Positions 47,268-53,262 of a stretch of 53,262 nucleotides of DNA are shown in pieces. Location of the stretch: assembly GCA_913065025.1 (NCBI GenBank), contig CAJYAP010000004.1:1-53262 (forward strand). The letters run 5' to 3'. Under the pieces are notes generated by a model, which was not told where the DNA came from, did no database searches, and saw only the letters and a list, made by a program, of their open reading frames with translations. Within the stretch, counting starts at the first letter, position 1. Every line of letters begins with the position of its first letter. A program made the translations under genes and the position numbers. The DNA comes from an uncultured Gammaproteobacteria bacterium (GTDB lineage: Bacteria > Pseudomonadota > Gammaproteobacteria > Poriferisulfidales > GCA-002705445).

Positions 47268-47816
47268 TCATTCATCAAAAGATATCTCTTTAACATATAT
47301 TTTTGCTTTATAATCTTTACCATAAGCAACAATGCCAATTGATTTTATATTTTTAGAATTTATTGTACTTGCTTGAAATGCTCCTGATTTTTTGAATTTT
47401 TTTATTGGTAAAATGAATTCTTTATATTTTTCTTCAACAGTAAAGCTATGTTGATAATACTGCCAGGGTAATATTGTCCCTGTCGTTCTCAAATGTACGA
47501 AATATTTTTCATTATTTCCTTTTGCAATAATTTTTATATTATTTACTCCGTCCAATGTAATTCCTTTCATATTTCTTCTGAACTGTATAAACCCACCATT
47601 ATTTTCTGTAGAGACATTACCTGATAAATGTGCAATTGACTGACCCTCTATAATTGAAAAATCAATTGAACCTGTTGAAACACCGCCCATAACATTATCT
47701 GATATAAATTTCCATTGAGATGGGTCTTGAAAATTATCTTTATAAAGGCTTCCAGCAAAAGTTTTTTGATTCATAATTATTATACAAAATATCAGAAGTA
47801 ATATTATTTTTTTCAT
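47268..47816 (-). CDS. CIA30/NDUFAF1 family protein with signal peptide
   Basis: W.FISDNVMGGVS, G.VSTENNGGF, WQYY, FILP...FK. Confidence 0.88.
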   Translation of the reverse strand: MKKIILLLIFCIIIMNQKTFAGSLYKDNFQDPSQWKFISDNVMGGVSTGSIDFSIIEGQSIAHLSGNVSTENNGGFIQFRRNMKGITLDGVNNIKIIAKGNNEKYFVHLRTTGTILPWQYYQHSFTVEEKYKEFILPIKKFKKSGAFQASTINSKNIKSIGIVAYGKDYKAKIYVKEISFDE

Positions 47817-47856
47817 GTCATCAATATAGCAAAGTATTAATACTTCTTACAGTAGC

Positions 47857-47873
47857 TTGGCATGTATATTGCA
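47857..47873 (+). promoter_or_regulatory. sigma54 (-24/-12) promoter upstream of the glucosylglycerate cluster
   Basis: TTGGCATG-TATA-TTGCA, one mismatch to TGGCACG-N4-TTGCW. Confidence 0.75.
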
Positions 47874-47889
47874 TTTACAAGGATGTAGT

Positions 47890-47997
47890 ATGAATTCTAT
47901 AGCTGAGATTCGTCCTTTTTTCCTATTTCCCCTCTCAGCCTATAGAATTCTTCTTTCAGCATATTCTATTTATTATTTCTTGCGAAGAAGATACTAA
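47890..47997 (+). CDS. Putative 35-aa hydrophobic peptide (MNSIAEIRPFFLFPLSAYRILLSAYSIYYFLRRRY)
   Basis: AAGGA SD 6 nt before ATG; overlaps the hairpin, so it may be non-coding. Confidence 0.35.
   Translation: MNSIAEIRPFFLFPLSAYRILLSAYSIYYFLRRRY
47892..47950 (+). other. Long inverted repeat/hairpin: 17-bp stem with 1-nt bulge and 24-nt pyrimidine loop
   Basis: GAATTCTATAGCTGAGA ... TCTCAGCCTATAGAATTC. Confidence 0.8.
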
Positions 47998-48045
47998 TGA
48001 TTAATATGATAGAATAAAAAATTACTAGCTAACAATATAAACTTA

Positions 48046-48888
48046 ATGACATATAAAATTAAAAATTTATGCGCTCTAATTTTTACAGATCTTGATGCAT
48101 CGTTCCTTAATAAAAGTAATTTTTCTTTTGGTAATAACATGAATATTACAAAAAAAATTTTCAAGGATGACAATTTTGTAATATTTAATACTAGTAAAAC
48201 ATTTATTGAATTAAATTATTTTTTCCAACAACAATCATACGATTTACCATTTATATGTGAAAATGGGGGCGGAATATATTCTCCTAAAAGATACTTCAAC
48301 AATGCTGCTCATACAAGAGATGGATATAATGTTATCTTCGAGTCAACCAAAATAAATAAAAAAATAAGTAAAATTAAGAGAGCTATTCTTCAAATATTTG
48401 GAGAACATTGTACTTTTTATAACGACCTCAACGATTTTGAGAAACAAAAATTCTCTGGTCTTAATGAGAAAGAATTAATGAATGCTTCGCGCAGAGAATT
48501 TACTGAGTTAATAATATGGAAATCAGATTATGAAAATCTTATTAAATTTAATGATTATTTGCATACTCATGACCTGAAAATTATTAAAGGGGGGAGATTT
48601 CACCATATATCAAATAATATAAATAAAGGAATATCCATGCTTAGACTTGTCAATGAATATAAAAAATATTACCCTAGTAAAAAATTTGTCACTATTGCAA
48701 TTGGGGATAGTGAGAACGACTTAGAGATGCTTAACTGCGTTGACTATCCTTGTTTAGTTAAAAGTAACGATAGTCAAACTTTTATAAAAAATATTAAATC
48801 TAGTAATTTATTTATTAGCGATAGAGAAGCGCCTGAAGGCTGGGAAGATTGTGTAAATCAGGCATTCGAGCAGATAAGGAGGCAATAA
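48046..48888 (+). CDS. Glucosyl/mannosyl-3-phosphoglycerate phosphatase (HAD-IIB)
   Basis: IFTDLD, NTSKT, ICENGG, RREFTE, GGRF.H, GDSENDLEML. Confidence 0.9.
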   Translation: MTYKIKNLCALIFTDLDASFLNKSNFSFGNNMNITKKIFKDDNFVIFNTSKTFIELNYFFQQQSYDLPFICENGGGIYSPKRYFNNAAHTRDGYNVIFESTKINKKISKIKRAILQIFGEHCTFYNDLNDFEKQKFSGLNEKELMNASRREFTELIIWKSDYENLIKFNDYLHTHDLKIIKGGRFHHISNNINKGISMLRLVNEYKKYYPSKKFVTIAIGDSENDLEMLNCVDYPCLVKSNDSQTFIKNIKSSNLFISDREAPEGWEDCVNQAFEQIRRQ

Positions 48889-50102
48889 TGGCTGATTTTC
48901 ATCAAAATGGTGTAGTAAGTACACTGCATAATATTTCAAATAGGTCAGCAGAAGATCTTGAAAAGGAGCTTATTGTCTTTTCAAAAAAAAGACCAATTGA
49001 TTTAATTTTGCCATCTTTATATTCAGAAATAGAGGGTCCTGCTTTAAAAAATATTATTAATATATTATCTAAAGTTAAATATTTGAATCACATCACAATT
49101 GGATTAGACAAAGCTGATAATAAACAATTTATAAAGGCAAAAGAATTTTTTTCTAATTTAAATCAGCCACATTCTGTGATCTGGAATGATGGCCCACGTA
49201 TGAAAGCCCTTGATAACGAATTAAATAAAAAAGGGTTGGCGCCTGGTGAATCAGGTAAAGGAAAAAACGTATGGTATTGCATGGGCTATGTACTTGCACG
49301 TGATGAAGCAAGATCTATCGCGTTGCATGATTGCGATATTTTAACTTATGATAAAGAATTGCTAGCTAGGCTGGTTTATCCAGTTGCAAACCCTCTTTTT
49401 AATTACGAATTTTGTAAAGGATACTATCCAAGAGTAGGTAACAATAAACTAAATGGAAGAGTGACTAGACTACTAGTAACTCCATTACTAAAAGCACTCA
49501 AAAAGGTTTTAGGCCCAAGAGAATATATAGAATTTATTGATGTTTTTAGATATCCATTAGCTGGAGAATTTTCTTTTAGAAGTAGAATGCTTAAGGAATT
49601 AAGAATCCCAAGCGACTGGGGCCTTGAAATAGGAATCTTGTCTGAGATGCAGCGAAATCACGCTCAAAATAGAATATGCCAAGTTGATATTGCAAAAATA
49701 TATGACCACAAACATCAAGAAATTTCTTTAAAAGATAAAGAAAAAGGACTATCTAAAATGTCTATTGATATTTCAAAAACATTAATTAGAAAACTTGCTG
49801 CTCAAGGAGATACTTTTACATCAAATAACTTAAGGACAATTAAAGCGACCTACTACAGAACAGCTTTGGATCTTCTTGAAATATACCATAACGACGCAAA
49901 GCTAAACGGTTTAGATATAAATATTAATGATGAAGAAATAATGATTGAAATGTTTGCAAACAATATTATCATCGCTGGACAGGAGTTTTTAAATAAACCA
50001 AATCATAATCCATTAACACCGAATTGGAATAGAGTTCAAAATACTTTACCCGACTTTAAAGATAAGTTTATCCAAGCAGTCGACGAAGATTCAAAAATTT
50101 AG
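48888..50102 (+). CDS. gpgS: Glucosyl-3-phosphoglycerate synthase-type glycosyltransferase
   Basis: MADFHQNG..TLH, LILPSLYSE, GKGKNVW, HDCDI, RYPLAGEF, DWGLEIG; AGGAGG SD. Confidence 0.85.
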   Translation: MADFHQNGVVSTLHNISNRSAEDLEKELIVFSKKRPIDLILPSLYSEIEGPALKNIINILSKVKYLNHITIGLDKADNKQFIKAKEFFSNLNQPHSVIWNDGPRMKALDNELNKKGLAPGESGKGKNVWYCMGYVLARDEARSIALHDCDILTYDKELLARLVYPVANPLFNYEFCKGYYPRVGNNKLNGRVTRLLVTPLLKALKKVLGPREYIEFIDVFRYPLAGEFSFRSRMLKELRIPSDWGLEIGILSEMQRNHAQNRICQVDIAKIYDHKHQEISLKDKEKGLSKMSIDISKTLIRKLAAQGDTFTSNNLRTIKATYYRTALDLLEIYHNDAKLNGLDININDEEIMIEMFANNIIIAGQEFLNKPNHNPLTPNWNRVQNTLPDFKDKFIQAVDEDSKI

Positions 50103-50121
50103 TTATAATAAGAGAATAAAG

Positions 50122-51870
50122 ATGCTTGATAGTAAAAGTTTTTCAATAAGATTAGAACAACATCTAGTAAAAATATATGGTGGAGTAAAAACAACAAAAG
50201 AGATAAAACAAGTTTCCAATGATTTGTTAGTGTTTATTGAATCTAAATTTAGTAAGAATCCTCCAAAATTTTTAAATAACGTAAGTAAATGGTCTGAAAA
50301 AGATACTATTTTAATATCATATCCAAATTCTATAGTTGAAAACAAAAGAAAGCCTTTATCTACATTAAAAAAATTTTTAGATAAACATTGTATGAATATG
50401 GTTTCAATTATTCATATTTTACCTTTTTTCCCCTCAAGCTCAGACCAAGGTTTTTCAGTTAAAGATTATTATTCTGTTGATAAAAATTTTGGTTCTTGGG
50501 ATGACATTAAGAGAATAAGTCAAAAATTTTCAGTCATGGGTGATGTAGTATTAAATCATGGCTCATCAAAAAGTAAATGGTTTGAAAACTTCTTAAATGG
50601 AAGTGGCCCAGGCTCAAAATATTTTTTAACTGCTGATAAGAATCTTGATTTATCAACGGTCACTAGGCCAAGAACGAGTGATTTACTTTCAAAAGTAGAT
50701 ACTGCAAATGGTGAAAAATATGTTTGGTGTACTTTTAGCGAAGACCAAGTTGATTATGATTTTGAAAATTTCGAAGTTTTAAAAGAATTTATATCTATAA
50801 TAACTTTTTATCTAGAAAACGGTATATCAGTTTTTAGATTTGATGCTGTTGCATTTTTATGGAAAAAAATTGGCACAGGCTGTGTAAATCTTCCAGAAAC
50901 ACATGAAATAGTCCGGCTTTTTAGAACAATATTAGACTATTTGGCGCCTAGTGCGATATTGGTAACGGAAACAAACACCCCAGCAAGAGAGAACGTCACT
51001 TATTTTGGTAACGCAAATGAGGCTCATTGGATCTATAATTTTTCGTTACCTCCAATTTTAATATATACGGTTCTTAAAGGCGATTCTTCGTATCTCGAAA
51101 AATTAACCATGAGTCTGCCGCCTGCACAATTAGGAGCATCATATCTCAATTTTGTTGCTTCCCATGATGGCATTGGACTTAGGCCTATTGAAGGAATGAT
51201 GAGTAAAAGTGAAATAAATAAGCTTATTAATAAAATGAAAAATAATGGTGGTGAAATTTCATATAGAATAAATAAAGATAATAAGGAATCTCCTTATGAA
51301 ATTAATATTTCACTTTTTGATGCTATGCAGGAGACACTAAATGGAAATGAAGATTTCCATTTTGATAGATTTTTATGCATACATATAATTATGCTATCTC
51401 TTGAGGGTGTGCCTGCTTTTTATATTCACAGCCTATTCGGAACAAAAAATGATCAAAATCTTTATTCCAAAACTAATAAAAAAAGAGACCTAAACAGACA
51501 TGTTTTTGAAATTGATAACCTAAAGAAAATTATTGACGATGAAAATAATCATGGAAGTTTTATTTTTTATAAATTAAAAAATCTAATTGCTATTAGAAAA
51601 AAGCAAACAGCCTTCCATCCAAATGCTGTGCAATTTACGCTTCATTTAGGTAAAAACTTTTATGGTGTATGGAGACAAAGTTTAGACAAATCTCAAAGCA
51701 TTTTTTGCATAACAAATGTAACAGATGAAAATAGAGAATTCTCTTTAATGGACATTAACTTAATAGGTTTTGATCAGTGGAGAGATTTAATTAGCAATAA
51801 AACTTTATCTGATATTCATTCAAAAATTACATTAAAACCTTACCAAACAATTTGGGTTAGTAATAAATGA
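50122..51870 (+). CDS. GH13_18 phosphorylase, probably glucosylglycerate phosphorylase
   Basis: HILPFFP, RFDAVAFLWK nucleophile, TETN acid/base, ASHDGIG, YEIN loop. Confidence 0.85.
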   Translation: MLDSKSFSIRLEQHLVKIYGGVKTTKEIKQVSNDLLVFIESKFSKNPPKFLNNVSKWSEKDTILISYPNSIVENKRKPLSTLKKFLDKHCMNMVSIIHILPFFPSSSDQGFSVKDYYSVDKNFGSWDDIKRISQKFSVMGDVVLNHGSSKSKWFENFLNGSGPGSKYFLTADKNLDLSTVTRPRTSDLLSKVDTANGEKYVWCTFSEDQVDYDFENFEVLKEFISIITFYLENGISVFRFDAVAFLWKKIGTGCVNLPETHEIVRLFRTILDYLAPSAILVTETNTPARENVTYFGNANEAHWIYNFSLPPILIYTVLKGDSSYLEKLTMSLPPAQLGASYLNFVASHDGIGLRPIEGMMSKSEINKLINKMKNNGGEISYRINKDNKESPYEINISLFDAMQETLNGNEDFHFDRFLCIHIIMLSLEGVPAFYIHSLFGTKNDQNLYSKTNKKRDLNRHVFEIDNLKKIIDDENNHGSFIFYKLKNLIAIRKKQTAFHPNAVQFTLHLGKNFYGVWRQSLDKSQSIFCITNVTDENREFSLMDINLIGFDQWRDLISNKTLSDIHSKITLKPYQTIWVSNK

Positions 51871-51890
51871 TATATATTGGAATTATCAAT

Positions 51891-52337
51891 TTATAATTTT
51901 CCACTAAGAATGTACTTTAATATCTGAAAAGCTTGTTGCTGACTTTTAACAACAGCTGATGCAGAAGCGTCAACTTCTTTAAGAGGATGTTGATGTTCGT
52001 CACCATGAATCACGATTATGGATTTATTTAGTGCTGCTGCATAACCGGTATCGAAAGCCGCATTCCATTGTTTGTATTTTTCACCAAATTTGACAATAAC
52101 CACATCACAATCTTCTAAAGATTTTTTTGTTCTTATAGCATTAATATTTGCCCCTTTATTATCCTTCCAAAAATTATTTTCTTCGTGTCCGAGGATTTCT
52201 ACACCACAATTATCTGATGCCTCATGATCTGTAACAGGTGATGTAAATGTAATATTTAACCCCTCATCATTGCATAGTTGAATAATTTCATCTCGCCAAT
52301 TAGAGTGTATTTCACCCGATAAATATACATTTAACAT
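51891..52337 (-). CDS. YtoQ family protein
   Basis: VYLSGEIH.NWR, PVTDH.ASD.CG, FGEKYKQWNAAFD, HPLKEVDA. Confidence 0.85.
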   Translation of the reverse strand: MLNVYLSGEIHSNWRDEIIQLCNDEGLNITFTSPVTDHEASDNCGVEILGHEENNFWKDNKGANINAIRTKKSLEDCDVVIVKFGEKYKQWNAAFDTGYAAALNKSIIVIHGDEHQHPLKEVDASASAVVKSQQQAFQILKYILSGKL

Positions 52338-52425
52338 ATTATTTTCTCCTCTTTTTTTTATCGAAACATTATATATGAATTTATAATTATGAATAGTTTA
52401 TTATTTTTTAAGTTAAGTTATTTCT

Positions 52426-52443
52426 TTGGCATAATATATGCAT
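52426..52443 (+). promoter_or_regulatory. sigma54-like promoter upstream of the DUF2721 gene
   Basis: TTGGCATAATATATGCAT, GG-N10-GC; predicted +1 falls at about the ATG. Confidence 0.6.
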
Positions 52444-52453
52444 AGTAAAAAAT

Positions 52454-52882
52454 ATGAATATTGATAATAACTTTTTCTGGTACCCTGCATTACTTTTCCC
52501 TGCAATACCAATCATGCTTCTAGTTTTTACAAATAAATATACTGCATTAGCTATGCTAATTAGAAAATTGCATATCATGTCTCAAAATAATGAAATAAAT
52601 AATTTATCAGCTGAGAGAATTCAAATATTAGCTAGCAGAATGCAATTACTAAGATGGATGCAAACTTTCTCCAGCATATCTTTTCTATTTAATTTAGTTA
52701 CTATTTTTTGCGGATTTGTTGGTCTTCCAAATTATGCATTAATTTTTTTTATAATTTCTGTTATTTTTTTAATATTAGCAATGTCACTTTTTATAATTGA
52801 ATCACAACAATCACATTATGCACTTAGTCTGCATATTCAAGACTTGGAAGCATATAATAAAGATAAAATTTCTACTAACTAG
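52454..52882 (+). CDS. DUF2721 family membrane protein
   Basis: PALLFPAIP..LL..TN.Y.AL..LIR.LH, I..L..R..L.R.MQ. Confidence 0.75.
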   Translation: MNIDNNFFWYPALLFPAIPIMLLVFTNKYTALAMLIRKLHIMSQNNEINNLSAERIQILASRMQLLRWMQTFSSISFLFNLVTIFCGFVGLPNYALIFFIISVIFLILAMSLFIIESQQSHYALSLHIQDLEAYNKDKISTN

Positions 52883-52932
52883 TAATTTTATAATTTAAAT
52901 TAGTAATATTTTTATTTGATTTTATAGCTTGA

Positions 52933-53211
52933 TTAAGTGAGTAGAGGTCTATAGAAAACTGTAATAAAACCTATTTTATGAACAATCTCCGCATTTAACT
53001 CTTGTTCTATTTTTAAGCATTGCTCTGCACATTCGTTTTTATCTGAGCCTCTAATACGAACTTTTATTAATTCATGTATATTTAGTGCCCCATCAATTTC
53101 AGCGAAAACGGCATCTGTAAGACCTTTATGACCAATCATAATTATTGGTTTTAGAAGGTTTGCTTTTTTCTGCAATTCCTTCCTTTTGTTTTTTGAAAGA
53201 CTAATTTTCAT
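52933..53211 (-). CDS. yhbY: CRM-domain ribosome assembly RNA-binding protein
   Basis: A..LKPIIMIG.KGLT, HELIKVRI, IG...V.YR. Confidence 0.92.
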   Translation of the reverse strand: MKISLSKNKRKELQKKANLLKPIIMIGHKGLTDAVFAEIDGALNIHELIKVRIRGSDKNECAEQCLKIEQELNAEIVHKIGFITVFYRPLLT

Positions 53212-53262
53212 ATTTTAATAATACGGATTATTTGAAGATTGTAAAATTAGGACTGACCCATC

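Noticed and set aside
47618-47634. Possible NtrC site inside the CIA30 gene (ending GTGCA)
   Set aside because: Only one half-site matches
29645-47816. Prophage, integron or IS-bounded island
   Set aside because: No integrase, transposase, attC-like repeats, tRNA anchor or flanking direct repeats seen
47892-47950. TPP or glycine riboswitch (GCTGAGA / CTCTCAG look-alikes)
   Set aside because: The other conserved cores (TPP ACCTGAT and GCGNAGG; glycine GGAGA and CCGAAG) are absent; the motifs are just the two arms of the inverted repeat
47897-47962. 21-aa minus-strand ORF MLKEEFYRLRGEIGKKDESQL
   Set aside because: No SD, and it is the mirror of the hairpin; likely chance

Overview
Very AT-rich window (about 27-30% GC by eye) with dense coding and minimal spacers, most consistent with a streamlined marine Gammaproteobacterium. 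The left ~29 kb is conserved core: ileS(partial)-lspA-ispH, thiO/argB/algC/dut/coaBC/bioF/bioB/ubiA, yrdA-thiS-thiG-trmB, sulP-glyS-glyQ, glnA-ntrB-ntrC, pyrD, gpsA-grxC-rhodanese-ArsR, envC-ctpA, dksA. The right ~24 kb is a mosaic of small accessory genes, several of them alphaproteobacterial-looking (trpS, DUF1674, DETD-type DEAD helicase). It also holds PEP carboxylase, a DsrC/TusE homolog lacking its catalytic Cys, a stand-alone sigma70 region-1.1-like protein and a glucosylglycerate cluster (phosphatase, synthase, phosphorylase). I saw no rRNA, tRNA, CRISPR array, integrase or transposase. The strongest signal the ORF track does not explain is an apparent nitrogen-economy circuit. Three correctly spaced sigma54 (-24/-12) motifs lie upstream of glnA, the glucosylglycerate cluster and a DUF2721 gene. 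An NtrC box overlaps the ntrB promoter, and GlnA carries Phe where the adenylylated Tyr normally sits. The leader of the glucosylglycerate cluster contains a long hairpin with a CU-rich loop, a 35-codon ORF and a CsrA-consensus site. Four small ORFs below the track's size cutoff were found by hand (30, 59, 42 and 35 aa). All family assignments come from recalled motifs, not database searches.
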